A stretch of DNA of 64,000 nucleotides from Torpedo marmorata (taxonomy: Eukaryota). The notes under the pieces were generated by a model. That model did not search any database and had not been told where the DNA came from. It saw only the letters and a list, made by a program, of their open reading frames with translations. Of the stretch, positions 10,677 to 23,263 are shown in pieces; the stretch's first letter is position 1; every line of letters starts with the position of its first letter. Where the stretch lies: assembly GCA_977017645.1 (NCBI GenBank), contig OZ360233.1:18352001-18416000 (forward strand), written 5' to 3'. Made by a program: the position numbers and the translations under genes.

Positions 10677-13600
10677 AAATACACACCGAAATGCTGGAGG
10701 AACACAGCCGGTCTCGCAGCGTCCATAGGTGGGACAGATATCTAACCAACGTTTCGGCCTAAGCCTTTTTTCAAGGAATAAGTAAAGCTCAGGAAGGCGT
10801 CAGAATAAAAACTGAAGACTGGCAGGTGGAGGAGTCCAGAATAACAGGTGTTTTTTTATTTTATTATTTTATTTAAACTTTTAAATCACAAAATACATAA
10901 AATAAAATATATAATCATCAAAATACATGTGATACATTTTCACCCCCCACCTCCCTCCCCTCCCTAACACCCCCATCCCCACTAATCTAGTAATATAAGT
11001 AAAAATAAAAATAAAAATAGAAAAAAAAGGAAAAGATAGTATAAGGGGAATATCATCTATAAACTAATTCTATTACGGAGGTCAAGTATGCCAGTAGATC
11101 CGATATCTAGAGATCTTCAAATCCCTAAACCCACCCACATCTCTCATATATGGGCTCCAAATTTTCAAAAAGAAATAATATTTATTACGTAAATTAGAAG
11201 TAATTTTTTTCCAGTGGTATACACGAACGAAGTTCTGCATGCCATCTTTCTAATCCTAAATCTAAATCAGATTTCCAAGTAATAGCAATGCATTTTTTCG
11301 GAACCGCTAAAGCAATTCGTACAAATTCTACTTGAAACATACTTAATTTCTTTTTAATACTAAATTTTCTAATATCTCCAAATAAAAATAACATAGGATC
11401 CATTGGAAATGTAATATTAAATACTTTATCTAAATTTGTTTTAACTTTCAACCAAAAATCTTGAATCTTTGGACAAAACCATGTAGAATGAACAAAAGAA
11501 CCTTCCTCATTATTGCATCTAAAACATAAACCTGATAATGTCGGATTAAATTTCTTTAGTTTTTTAGGTGTTAAATATAATTGATGAAAAAAATTGTATT
11601 GTACTAATCTATATCTAACATTAATAATCTTCGTCATACTTAATTTACATAATTCTTTCCAATGATTTTCATCTATTCTTACATTCAAATCTAATTCCCA
11701 TTTTAATCTTGATTTATGAATTCCTACTTTAGGCATTTTCCTCTGAAACAATTTATACATTTGAGAAATAAATTTATTAACTTCTCCATTAGTAACTAAT
11801 AATTCTAATTCATTTTTTCTTGGTAAAATCAAAGCATGACCTTATTTCTCGATTAAAAAGCTTTAACTTGATAATAAGCTAAAAATGTATTATCTAATAT
11901 ATTAAATTTATCTTTCATTCTTTGAAACGTAATAAATCTTCCAGCTTCAAAACAATCATTAATCTTCTTAATTCCATTTTGAAACCAAATTTTAAATAAT
12001 TGATTATTAATAGTAAATGGAATAAGTCCATTTTGATATAAAGGCATCCTTGGAGAAATCAATCCTTTTCCGCCTATTTCCTTATCCGTCTTATTCCATA
12101 TTTCTAACAAATGTTTAAAAATAGGCGAATCTTTCTTTCTTGTTGATATTAATTTAGAATCCCATTTATAAATAATTTCTTCTTTAGCGTCATCACCTAT
12201 ATTATTTAATTCTATTTTAATCCAAGCAGAAGTTTTATTTGAATCAAAAAATTCATTAACAAATTTTAATTGGGCTGCTTTATAATAATTTTGAAAATTA
12301 GGAAGTTGCAATCCACCCAACTCGTAAGTCCAAGTTAACTTTTCCATGCTTACTCTTGCTAACTTTCCTTTCCACAAAAATGTCCTAATAATATAATTTA
12401 AATCTTTAAAAATTTCTTGAGGAATTCCAAAAGGAATTGATTGAAAAAGATACTGAACTCTTGGGAAAATATTAATTTTCATTACCCATTAAAGTTATGG
12501 GTAAATCTTTCCAATTCTCTAAATCTTTCTTTATTTTCGCAAATAATGGTAGATAATTTAATTTATATAAATTTTCCAATTTTGTATCAACCCGCAAATA
12601 TTTAATTCCTTCTTTAGCCCATTTAAATTGTGTAATTTCTTTACATCTAGTATAATCACCTTGAGATAAAGCCACTATTTCACTCATATCTGAATTAATT
12701 TTATATCCAGATATTTCACCATATTCTCTTAATATAATAGATAATTGTTGAAGTGATATAGTAGATTTTGTCATATATATCAATACATCATCTGCAAACA
12801 AACTAATCTTATGTTCTTCCATTCAACTTTAATACCCACTATTTTAGGATCTTTTCTAACTAATTCAGCCAAAGGTTCTATTGCCAAAACAAATAAAGCT
12901 GGTGACAGAGGACATCCCTGTCTCGGAGAACGTGTCAAAGAAAATTTTGGCGATATTTGTCCATTTGTAATTACTTTAGCTGATGGTTCTTTATATATAG
13001 TTTTAATCCAATTTATAAATGTATTTCCAAAACCAAATTTTTCTAATACCTTAAATAAAAAATTCCATTCTAATCTATCAAAAGCCTTTTCAGCATCTAA
13101 TGTTACAACTAATGGTAAATCTTGTTTCTTTTTGTGCAAACCAATTAAACTAATTAATCTAGCTATATTATCCTTTGAATATCTATTTTTAATAAAACCA
13201 GCTTGATCTAGATGTATCAAATCTGGCAAATATTTAGCCATTCTATTTGCTAAAAGTTTTGCCATTATTTTATAATCTACATTTAATAATGAAATAGGTC
13301 TATATGATTCAGTTTTTAATACATCTCTATCTTTCTTTGGTATAACTGTAATTATAGCATTTAAAAATGTTTTCGGTAATAAATGAGTTTCCGTAATTTG
13401 ATCTAATACTTCCATATATGGAGGTATCAATAAATCTTTAAATTCTTTATAAAAGTCTGATGAAAACCCATCATCACCCGGAGATTTACCATTCTTCAAC
13501 GAAGAAAAAACTTCACTAACTTCTCTCATTGTAAAAGGTAAATCTAAAGAATCTCTACTCCGGTTATTCAATTTAGGTAATGTGATTTTAGATAAGAATC

Positions 13601-15516
13601 TATTAATTTTAGAATCATCTTGATCAATCTGCGATCTATATAAATTCTGATAGTAGTCTTTAAAAGATTCATTTATCTCTTGAGGTTTGTAAGTTATTTC
13701 TCCAGTATTTTTCTTCCTTATAGCATTTATAGTTTTAGAAACTTGTTCCTTTTTCAATTGCCATGCCAAAACATTATGTGCTCTTTCTCCTAATTCATAA
13801 TATCTTTGTTTAGTTTTCTCAATTAATTTTTCCATTCTATATGTTTGCAACAAATTATAATGTAATTTCCTCCCTATTAAACGATTTATTTTTTGAATTG
13901 ATCTATTTCTCTGTAAATCTTTCTCCATAAATTCAATTTCCGTCTCCAATTTTTCTGATTCACTAAGATAATCTTTCTTAATTTTAACGGAATAATTTAT
14001 TATTAAGCCCCTTAAATAAACTTTTAAAGCTTCCCAAACCATAAATTTATCATTAGTAGAGTTAACATTTATTCGTAAACATTCCTGAATTTCTCTTCTT
14101 ATATATTCACAAAAATCTTTCCTTTTTAATAACGACTAATCAAATCTCCAATTATATATAGTTTTTTCTCTTTCCGGGATTATACAAGACAATAACAAAT
14201 GTGAGTGATCAGAAATTACCCTCGCTTTATAAGATACTTGCGTTAATCTATCTTGAACTTGTGATGATAATAAAAATAAATCTATTCTAGAATATGAATC
14301 ATGTCTAAAAGAGTAAAATGAATAATCTTTTCCCCTAGGATTCAATCTCCACCAAATATCTATTAAGTTTAAATCTTTCATCAAACTAAGAACTTTTTTC
14401 ACAATTTTAGGTCTAACAGATGATCTTGAAGTTCTATCCATTATTGAATCTAAACAACAATTGAAGTCTCCCCCAATTAAAATATTCTCATTAGCATCTG
14501 ATAAATGCAAAAAAGCATCTTGGATAAACTGCTCATCGTCTGGATTTGACACATATAAATTCATAAGTGTACAAGATTCTGAATAAATTTGACAATGTAC
14601 CAAAACATATCTTCCTGCTACGTCTGTAATTACCGATTGTATCTTAAAAGGTAATTTTTTATTAACTAATATAGCTACACATCTTGCTTTAGAGTTTAAT
14701 GAAAAAGACACCACATGGCCAACCCACTCTCTTTTTAATTTTTGATGTTCCAACTCTATCAAATGAGTCTCTTGTAAGAAAGCTATATCTACCTTCAACT
14801 TTTTAATATATGCTAAAGTTCTTTTTCGCTTATTTGGATTATTAAGCCCATTTATATTTATACTTACAAAGTTTATATTCTTACTATCCATCATAATCAA
14901 ATAGTATAAGATTTTTCTCTTTTCTTTCTATTCTTTACTGTACTTGAGGGGATATCAAGTAGTTCACAATTTAGGAGGGGAAAGCCAGTGTATTTGATTG
15001 AAACAGAATAACAGGTGTTAATTGGATATGGATGGAGGATAAGTGAGAATTGATTTTGGCTCTGTTAAGGGAGNNNNNNNNNNNNNNNNNNNNNNNNNNN
15101 NNNNNNNNNNNNNNNNNNNNNNNNNNNNNNNNNNNNNNNNNNNNNNNNNNNNNNNNNNNNNNNNNNNNNNNNNNNNNNNNNNNNNNNNNNNNNNNNNNNN
15201 NNNNNNNNNNNNNNNGGGAAAAGCGACAGGTGGAAGTAGAACGGGAGATGTTGAACGAAAAATTGAGAAGCCGATGTTAATGCCATCCGGTTGGAGGGTG
15301 CCCAGACGGAAGATGAGGTGTTGCTCCTCCAACTTGCACGTGGTCACAGTCTGGCAGTGCATGAGACCATGGACAGACATGTCAGAAAGTGAGTGGATCG
15401 GGGAATTGAAATGGGTGGCCACTGGGAGATCCACGCGATGGCGGCGGAGAGAGCCGAGGTGCTCAATAAAGCAATCTCAGAGTCTGCGCCCTGTGTCTGC
15501 GATGTAGAGGAGACAA
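10677..15516 (-). mobile_element. Penelope-like element fragment (GIY-YIG C-terminus), split by L1 insertion
   Basis: DLPVATHFNS...CKLEEQHLIFRLGTLQPDGINI at 15434-15250; terminal sequence at 10677-10852; imperfect flanking repeat GAG(G/A)AGA(T/C)TGGAA. Confidence 0.75.
10853..15003 (-). mobile_element. L1-clade LINE, 5'-truncated, near-complete but disrupted ORF2
   Basis: EN 14900-14136 (ININGL, FLQETH, GGDFN, SRID, SDH); RT 14042-12472 (KSPGDDG, YRPISLLN, DAEKAFD, RQGCPLSP, FADD); CFRC-H-C motif; poly-T at 10853; exact 16-bp TSD CAGAATAACAGGTGTT. Confidence 0.93.
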
Positions 15517-15752
15517 GAGAAGACTGGAAACGAAGCATGTGCGGGAAGGGCAGAGAAAGACAACCAGAGAGACTGCATTTAGATCTGCTCGTTTATATTG
15601 GTTCCAGCGCAGCGTCATCCAGAGCGAATGATCAATCCTGTGCGAGGAAAAGCAACCAATCTCGGAGCGGCGGCTGCTGCTGACTTGAAGTTGTAAATAT
15701 AGCAGGACAACATGTGAGAAAATATTGTTCTTTTGACCTTCATTCGGGCACC

Positions 15753-16182
15753 ATGTCCCTCAAGAGGTACCTGCTGATTGTATGGGCCATTCTGGCAGGT
15801 GAGTCTCTGTGTGATGAGACAGTGCGTCCCGCTGATTCAGCGCAATCCCGTGCCGCTCACACACTCCGTGTTTCATTCCAGGCACGAATGGGGAGGAATC
15901 CGTGACCCAAGGACCGCCGGAAATGACGGCCGAGGAAAGACAGACCATGCCACTGAGTTGTAGTTACTCGACGAGTCAATCCGCATATTTTTGGTACCTT
16001 CAATATCTTGGAGAACCTCCCAAATATTTGCTGAAAATGTACAGCTCGGGTGAAGTGGTTCCGTCTCACGATTTTCCGGATCGGATGTCGGGTTCTTTGG
16101 AGAAAAAGAGCCAGCGCTTTCACTTGACTATCTCTGGGGCTCTTGTGAACGACTCCGCCACGTATTTCTGCGCCGTGCGGCC
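15753..16182 (+). CDS. TRAV: TCR alpha/delta V segment, family 1b (leader 15753-15798, V exon 15882-16182), open
   Basis: MSLKRYLLIVWAILAG; ESVTQGPP...PLSC...YFWYLQ...DSATYFCAVR. Confidence 0.88.
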
Positions 16183-16221
16183 CACACTGTTCCTGGGCGA
16201 TGACGGATCCGCACAAAAACT
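16183..16221 (+). other. 23-bp-spacer RSS
   Basis: CACACTG-23-ACAAAAACT. Confidence 0.92.
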
Positions 16222-16605
16222 CGTTTTGAGAACGAGGAAGGTGCCGTGCAGCGCCGCGATTTACCCTTGCGTGCGCAAAGGCGATTATGTTCCTCCTCGT
16301 TCCGAGAAAAACGGGGATCAATGTGAACAGCGTTTTACCAGAGAGGAACGGAGACAGGAAATAAAGGGAAAGAGAGTTAGCGAGAGATTGATAGAAATTT
16401 AGAGAGTTAGGAAGAGAGAGATTAAGTTGAGCAGTGAGAGAGAGAGGGAGTGAATGGAAGAGGGAGGGATGTGATGGACGAAGAGAGACGAAAACGCAAG
16501 GGATGGCGACCGAGAGCGGTACTGAGAGAGAGTATGATAGTGAGTGAATGAGGGATACATTGAGCGAGGAGGATGGGGAGTGAGCGGGAGTGGATTCAGA
16601 AAGAA

Positions 16606-16640
<35 letters not shown>

Positions 16641-16913
16641 GAGAGAGAGCGAGAGCGAGAGAGAGAGAGAGAGAGAGAGAGAGTGAGAGATGTGGAGTAT
16701 ACAGAGAGGCGGAGAAACGCGAGAAGGACGGAGAATTGGAGACGGTCGGCATTAACAACCTGCTCAATGGTAGCGTCAACCTGACCCAAAAAGAAATGCT
16801 GTGCGACGAAAACGACCTGTGCATCCCCCGGGGTTGGATGCTCCTGACCACCCCATCTCGTATATCGGTGTAACATCAGGAAATGTTCTTCCTTTGAGTT
16901 ACATTCGGGCACC

Positions 16914-17297
16914 ATGTACCCCCTGATTTGTTTGTTGACTCTATCGGCCGTTCTGCCTGGTGAGTGTCTCTCTGGTTTATCAGCACGTGTCCGCCGGTTC
17001 AGCGATTCGTGTTTCGTTCTCGAAATGATTGGGGAAGTTTATGTAACATATGGACCGCCGGAACGCATGACAGGTACATTCAATATCCCGGAGAACCTCC
17101 CAGATTTTGATGAAAATGTACAACTGAGGCGATGTGGTTACGCCTCAAGATTTCGGAAGAAGATGTCGGATTTCTTTGAGGCAAAGAGCCAGGGGGTCCA
17201 CTTGACTGTCTACGGGACGCTTGAGTCGGACTCCGCCGTGTATATCTGCGTCGTGAAGCCCACTATTCCAGTGCGATGGCGGGTCCGTATAAAACGA
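16914..17297 (+). pseudogene. TCR V pseudogene
   Basis: Intact leader MYPLICLLTLSAVLPG, acceptor AG>CG, internal deletion removing Cys23/CDR1, frameshifts, degenerate RSS. Confidence 0.85.
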
Positions 17298-18179
17298 AAT
17301 CGAAATGGGCAGTGCCACCAGGGGGCGTGCTCTTCCCCCAACACAGTGCGGACCAGTGCACAGGACGGAGTCGGCAACTGTGCCTCCGGGCGAGAGTCGT
17401 CTCTAAAATGCAGCGCCGAGGTTTAACCTCGCGTGATCAAGGACGTTTGTCTCACTCACTGTTACAAGGCGGAGGGGAGGAATTCAGACAAAAGCGCGAA
17501 TCTGGTGGTTCGCCTTTTGCGAGAGAGGGGGAGAGACAGGATCTGCTGAGATAGGGAGTGAGCGAAAGGGTGAATGAAGTTCAGTAGAAAGAAGGTGCTG
17601 AGTGAGAGAGAGTGAATGAAAGGGAGAGATTGTGATTGACGAAGAGAGATATCACAGGAGGGAGGCAGTGGGGAGGGAGTGGTAAGTAAGGAAGAGTGTG
17701 AAAATTATTTAATGAAGGAGACATTGAGAGTGCAAGAGCGGGAGAGGGACAGAGGGAATGTGTGACTGGGGGAGAATGAAATTGAAGGGAGGGAAGCGAT
17801 AGGCACTGCTCTCGAAAGATTAAATAAGTGTAAGACGGAGTCGCGTGGAGGTAGGAATCTTAACAGAACGCGAGAAGGGGCGTGAGAGTGCAGTAAAACG
17901 AGTAAAGGTGATGGAAAGGGCGGAACGAGAGAAAAGAAGAGAGAGGCCTGGGGAGTGTAAATATAGGTGGAGAAAGACGTCCGAAAAAGACGGAGAATGA
18001 GAAACGGCCAACATTAACAACCTGTTTTCATTGGTTCAACAACGGCGCTCTCTTGAGCCCATGTGCGAGGAGGTCGCCCTCCTGTGTGTCCCAGAGGATG
18101 AGCTGCTACTAACGAGACCCCACTGTCTTATATCGGGACAGAATATGGAAATATTCGGCTATTCACCTTCATTCTGGCT

Positions 18180-18637
18180 TCCTCACCATCCAGTAGTTTG
18201 CTGATTCTTTGGGCCGTTCTGCTTGGCGAGTCTCTGTCTGATTGGTCAGCGCGTGTCCCTCCCGGCTCAGCGCAATTCCTCGCATATCACACACTGCGTG
18301 TTTCATTCCAGGCACAAATGTGGAAATCTAGTGACCCACGGACCGATGGAACGGATGGCCGCGGTAAGTGTCGCTGAGCTCTGGTTACCCGAAAAAGGCT
18401 GCCGTATGTTTTTGGTTCATTCAAGTTCCCGTGGAGTATTGGATATATTTGGTGAAAATGTACAGCGCAGGAGATGAGGTTCCGTGTCACGATTGTCCGG
18501 ACAGGATGACGGGTTCCTTGGAGAAAAGGGGCCGGATGCCTTAATATCTCCGAAGCTCTTGAAGCGGACCTGGCCGTTTATGTCTGCGCGGTGCGGCTCA
18601 CACTGTTCCTGGGATATTGCGGAGACGCACAAAAGCT
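18180..18637 (+). pseudogene. TCR V pseudogene (family 1c) with intact RSS
   Basis: No leader ATG, GC donor, deletions and frameshifts; RSS CACACTG-23-ACAAAAGCT at 18599-18637. Confidence 0.85.
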
Positions 18638-18904
18638 CATTCTGAGATGGGAAGTGGTTTGACAGAAAATGGCAGAAAGAAGACGGGAGAGCGTGTTAAG
18701 GATTGCGAAAAGTTAAGCAGGTGAAAACATGAGACAGAGTCAGGTAGAGCAATAGAACGAAAGAAGGGGAGAGAGGGTGGAGTGAGTGAAAGTAAGGGAG
18801 GAGATACACAGATGGAAGGAGAAAGATGCGGGGAGTGTACAGATAGAGGGTGATATTTGCGTGAAGGACCGGGAACGAGATGCAGACTGTCTTATCAACT
18901 CGGT

Positions 18905-19015
18905 CTGATTGGTTCAATAATGGCCACACGAACCAATCCTGTGTGAGGGAAACACTCACATATCTGTCCTAGGCGTTGGTTCGGTCATAACATCGCCCCA
19001 CCCCTTGTATAGCGG
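18905..19015 (+). promoter_or_regulatory. Putative promoter of distal leader (representative of 7 copies)
   Basis: ATTGG 18908-18912, CCAAT 18933-18937, CGCCCCACCCC box, TGTATAG about 50 nt before ATG; similar block upstream of each distal leader. Confidence 0.55.
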
Positions 19016-19057
19016 TAACACAAATAACTATTCGATTTTGACTTTACTCCGCGTACC

Positions 19058-19103
19058 ATGTCCTCCCTGAGTTGTTTGCTGATTCTGTGGGCCGTTCTGA
19101 CTG
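19058..19103 (+). CDS. Distal leader exon MSSLSCLLILWAVLTG
   Basis: accATG, 46 nt, G|GTGAGT. Confidence 0.8.
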
Positions 19104-19448
19104 GTGAGTCTGTCTGATTGGTCAGCGACGTCTGTCCATCGTCCTTGCTCTACGAGTCTCCCTCTTTAACTTAATTAAAGGTGGACAATTCCCCCAGGTC
19201 ATACCCTCTCCGTCGCACGTTTCCCACCGTTTAATCATTTACACACTCTCCGTTTACTGAACTTCCTCACGGTCGCTCTATTTCTGTCGCTCTACCTCTA
19301 TCTCTCTCTCTCTCGCTCCTCGCCGTTCTCGTGAAAGAGAACCGGCTCGTGTCTCCAACAGAGTTTCTGCTGCTTCCACGTGAGTTTGCGCTCTTCTATC
19401 GGGCGAGCATTTGTAAAATATTCTTCCTTCGAATTTAATCCGGGCATC

Positions 19449-19874
19449 ATGTTCCTCCTTTGTCCTTCGCTGATTCTATGGGCCGTTCTGCCTGGTGAGA
19501 CTGATTGATCAACACGTGTTCCGCGGGGTCAGCGGCGTTTCGCGCCGTTCACACATTCTGTGTTTTGTTCCAGGGGCGAGTGGGAACGATTCAGTGACCC
19601 AAGAACCGCCGGAATTGATTTTCAATGAAGGGCAGATCGTATCACTGAGCTGCAGTTACTCGATGAATCCCAATGCATATTTTTGGTACATTCAACGTCC
19701 TGGAGAATCTCCCAAATATTTGCTAAAAATCTACACGTCAGGAGATGTGGTTCCGTCTCCCGATTGTCCGGAGAGGATATCGGGTTCATTGGAGAAAAAG
19801 AGCCAGACATCCCACCTCAATAACTCGAAAACCCTTGTGGAGGATTCTGCCGTGTATCTCTGCGCCGTGAAGCT
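19449..19874 (+). CDS. TRAV: TCR alpha/delta V segment, family 1a (leader 19449-19494, V exon 19574-19874), open
   Basis: MFLLCPSLILWAVLPG; DSVTQEPP...SLSC...YFWYIQ...DSAVYLCAVK. Confidence 0.88.
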
Positions 19875-19913
19875 CACACTGTTCCAGGGCGGTGGCAGAT
19901 ACGCACAAAAACT
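19875..19913 (+). other. 23-bp-spacer RSS
   Basis: CACACTG-23-ACAAAAACT. Confidence 0.92.
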
Positions 19914-20214
19914 CACCTCGAGACATTGAATCGGACCCTATGGCTAGGGGGCGCTCTCGGCCACGCAATGGAAGCGAATACGCGACCTTCCTGGAGAGTC
20001 TGCTGCAACGCCGAGATGCAGGAGATTTTCCCTCCTCTGAGCGTTTCTCTTTCTCTGCGTCCTCTGTGTCTCATTCCGTAATTTGAGGTGGAAGGTAGGA
20101 AGTCAGGGAGAGAGGAAGAAATGGATAGCTGTTTGACAGAATATTGTATGAAAATGAAGGAGTGTTTGTTAGATGGAAATTGAGAGGTTAAAAATGCGGT
20201 AAACCGCGCGGGTG

Positions 20215-20455
20215 GGTGTGACCGGTAGGTGATCCTTCGGCCTCTCCTTCCCAAAATCAACAACAAGCTCCTTGGTCTTGGTGAAAATAAGAACAAAAGT
20301 GTTGTTCTCGAACCACCAAACCAGGTTCACGATCTCCATTCTGCATTCTGACTCATCTTTTCCAGTTATTTGGCCAACACTGGTGGTGTCTTCAGCGAAT
20401 TTGTCGGTTGAGTTGGGGCTGAACTTGGCTGAACAGTCAATTGGTGCACATGGCA
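20215..20455 (-). mobile_element. Rex1/Babar-like LINE fragment
   Basis: KFAEDTTSVGQIT...TKTKELVVDFGK. Confidence 0.7.
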
Positions 20456-20856
20456 GAGATTGAAGGGAGGGAGAGATTGGCACTGCTCTCGAAAGATTAA
20501 ATAAGTGTAAGACTGAGTCGCGAAGAGGTAGGAAGCGTAACAGAACGCGAGAAGGGGCGAGAGGGTGCAGGAGAACAAGTGAAAGTGATGAAATGGTGGA
20601 GCGAGAGTGAAGAAGAGGGAGACGTGGGAATGTAAATATAGGCGGAGAAACACGTGCGAAAAAGAGCGAGAATTAGAAATGGTCAACATCAACAACCAGT
20701 TTTCGTTGGTCCAACAACGGCTTCTTATTGCGCCCACGTGCGCGGAGGGCGCCCTTCTCTCTGACGTAGACGATGGGCTGCTACTGACTAGACCCCATGT
20801 CTGATATCGGGGCATAAATGTTGAAATGTTCGTCTGGTGATCTTCATCCCGGCTTC

Positions 20857-21317
20857 CTCCCCAAGTTGAGTTGTTTGATGAATCTATGGGCCATTCTGCT
20901 TGGCGAGTCTCTGTCTGATTGGTTTCCCACCGGCTCAGCGAAATTCCTCGCACATCACACACTGCGTGTTCGTTCCAGGCACAAATGGGGAAATCTAGTG
21001 ACCCACGGACCGCCGGAACGGATGGCCGCGTGAAGGCAGACCGTGTCACTGAGCTCCAGGTACCCAACAACGGCTACCGTATATTTTTGTTACATTCAAA
21101 TTCCCGTGGAATCTTGGATAGAGATGTTGAAAATCTACAGCTCAGGAAATGTGGTTCCATCTCACGGTTGTCCGGACACGATGACGGGTTCCTTGGAGAA
21201 TATGGGCCGGATATTCCACCTCAATATCCCCGAAGCTCTTGAGCGGGACTTGGCCGTTTATCTCTGCACGGTGCTGCTCACGCTGTTCCTGGGAAATTGC
21301 GGAGACGCACAAAAGGT
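20857..21317 (+). pseudogene. TCR V pseudogene (family 1c), duplicate of 49-387
   Basis: No start, GC donor, early TAG; RSS CACGCTG-23-ACAAAAGGT at 21279-21317. Confidence 0.85.
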
Positions 21318-21570
21318 CATTCTGAGATGGGAAGTGGTTTGAGAGAAAACGTAAGAAAGAAGACGGGAGAACGCGATAAGAATTGCGAAACGTTAAGCAG
21401 GTGAAAGAGTGAGACAGAGTGAGCTTGTGGAATAGAACAAGAGAAGGGGAGAGATGATGGAGTGAGTGAAAGCGAGGGAGGAGATACACAGAGGGAAGGA
21501 GGAAGACGCGGGTTAGTGTACAGATAGAGGGAGAAACTTGCGTGAAGGAAGGGGAACGAGATGCAGACTT

Positions 21571-21613
21571 TCTTGGTCTGCAGTCAAATGATCTACCACT
21601 GAGCTATGCCCTC
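21571..21613 (-). pseudogene. tRNA-Cys(GCA) 5'-half retrocopy, duplicate
   Basis: Same insert as 641-683 at offset 20930. Confidence 0.85.
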
Positions 21614-21797
21614 ATCGAGATACAGACGTTCTTAACAACTCGGTCTCATTTGTTCAATAATGGACACACGAACCAATCCTGTGTGAGGGAAACACTCTCA
21701 TATCTATCCCCAGGCGTTGGTACGCTATAACATCGCCCCACGCCTTGTTTTGCGGTAACACAAATAAATATTCGCGTTTTACCGTAATCCGCGTACC

Positions 21798-21843
21798 ATG
21801 TCCCTCCTGCGTTGTTTGCTGATTCTATGGGTTGTTCTGACTG
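21798..21843 (+). CDS. Distal leader exon MSLLRCLLILWVVLTG
   Basis: accATG, 46 nt, G|GTGAGT. Confidence 0.8.
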
Positions 21844-22158
21844 GTGAGTCTGTCTGAGTGGTCATCGACTTCTGTCCATCGTCCTTTATCGACGTGTCTC
21901 CCTCTTTAACCTAATTAAAGTTCGGCGATTCCCCCAAGACTCACACTCCTTCGCTCACCCTCTGTTTACTCATTTAAGATTTCACTTTGTGCTCACTTAA
22001 CTCACTCGCGCGGTCTCTCCCGCACTCCCGCTCTCGCCCCTCGCCGCTCTCGTGCCAGGGAAACGACCAGAGGTTCTTCTGCTTCGGACGTGCGCTGGCG
22101 AACATATGTCGGGCGAGCATTTGTAAAATATCTTTCTTTCGCATTTAGGCCGGGCACC

Positions 22159-22584
22159 ATGTTTCTCCTGAGTTATTGGCTGATTCTATCGGCCATTCTG
22201 CCTGGTGAGACTCGTTGGTCAACACGTGACGTGCTGGATCAGCGCCATTCCGCGCCATTCACACATTCTGTGTTTTGTTCCAGGGGCGAGTGGGAACGAT
22301 TCATTGACTCAAACACCTCCGGAATTGAGCATCGACGGAGAGCAGATCGTATCACTGAGCTGCATTTACTCGATGAGTCCCTTCGCATATTTTTGGTACA
22401 TTCAACGTCCTGGAGACTCTCCCAAATATATGCTGAAGATCTTCACGTCGGGAGATGTGGCTCTGTCTCACGATTGTTCGGAGATGATATCGGCTTCCTT
22501 GGAGAAAAAGAGCCAGAGATTCCATCTCAAAATCTCAGAAACCCGCGAGGAGGATTCCGCCGTTTATCTCTGCGCCGTGGAGCT
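22159..22584 (+). CDS. TRAV: TCR alpha/delta V segment, family 1a (leader 22159-22204, V exon 22284-22584), open
   Basis: MFLLSYWLILSAILPG; DSLTQTPP...SLSC...YFWYIQ...DSAVYLCAVE. Confidence 0.88.
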
Positions 22585-22623
22585 CACACTGTTCCAGGGC
22601 GGTGGCGGATCCGCACAAAAACT
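22585..22623 (+). other. 23-bp-spacer RSS
   Basis: CACACTG-23-ACAAAAACT. Confidence 0.92.
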
Positions 22624-22904
22624 CACCTCGAGAATTTCCATCGCTCGCTGTTGCTAGGGGGCGCACTCGGGCACCGGCAGCCAGTTCTGTCGGTCAGTGC
22701 AATGGAAGCGACAACACGACCTTCCTGGAGAGTCTGCTGAAAACGGCAAAACCGAGTTGCAGGAGATTTGCCCTCCTCTGAGCGTTTCTCTTACTCTGCC
22801 TCCTCTGTGTCAGATTCCTTACTTTGAGGTGGAAGGTAGCAAGCCAGGGAAAGAGAAGGAGTGTTCTTGTGATGGAAATTGTGAGATTAATAAAGCGGTC
22901 TGTT

Positions 22905-23263
22905 TAGGACAGATGCGTGTTCCTTCGGCCTGTCCTTTCTAAAATCAACAACAAGCTCCTTGGTATTGGTGACATTAAGAACAGGATTGTTGTTCTGGAA
23001 CCACCCAACCAGGTTCTTGATTTCCATCATGCATTTAGTCTCATTATTCCCAGTTATCCGGCCAACACTGGTAGCGTTGTCATCTAATTTGTAGATAGAG
23101 TTTGAGCTGAACTTGGCTGCACAGTCATGGGTGCCCATGGCATTGATTAGGGGACAAAGCAGGCAGCCTTGGACTGCTCCTGTGTTGATGGTCAGCGAGG
23201 AGGAGGTGATGCTGGCGATCAGCACTGTTTGGGTCTGCAGTGAGGAAGTCAAAAATCCAGTCG
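22905..23263 (-). mobile_element. Rex1/Babar-like LINE fragment (resumes ~26001-26240)
   Basis: Duplicate of 1990-2344. Confidence 0.72.

Noticed and set aside
10746-10778. Hammerhead-ribozyme-like motif in the Penelope end (minus strand CTTGAAAAAAGGCTTAGGCCGAAAC; also ~31627-31657)
   Set aside because: Position fits Penelope-associated hammerheads, but the CUGANGA core is mutated in both copies; at most a dead remnant.
15074-15215. N runs (also 31787-31926, 48561-48694, 53450-53579, 55903-56039, 58385-58518)
   Set aside because: They fall at equivalent positions in paralogs where an unmasked copy (~51030-51150) shows (GA)n/(GT)n; likely masked low-complexity sequence or small gaps, not biology.
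16399-16915. Long Ser/Leu- and Arg/Glu-rich ORFs (also 33.1-33.6, 42.8-43.6, 47.5-48.2, 50.0-50.4 kb and others)
   Set aside because: Translations of (GA)n/(TC)n microsatellites.
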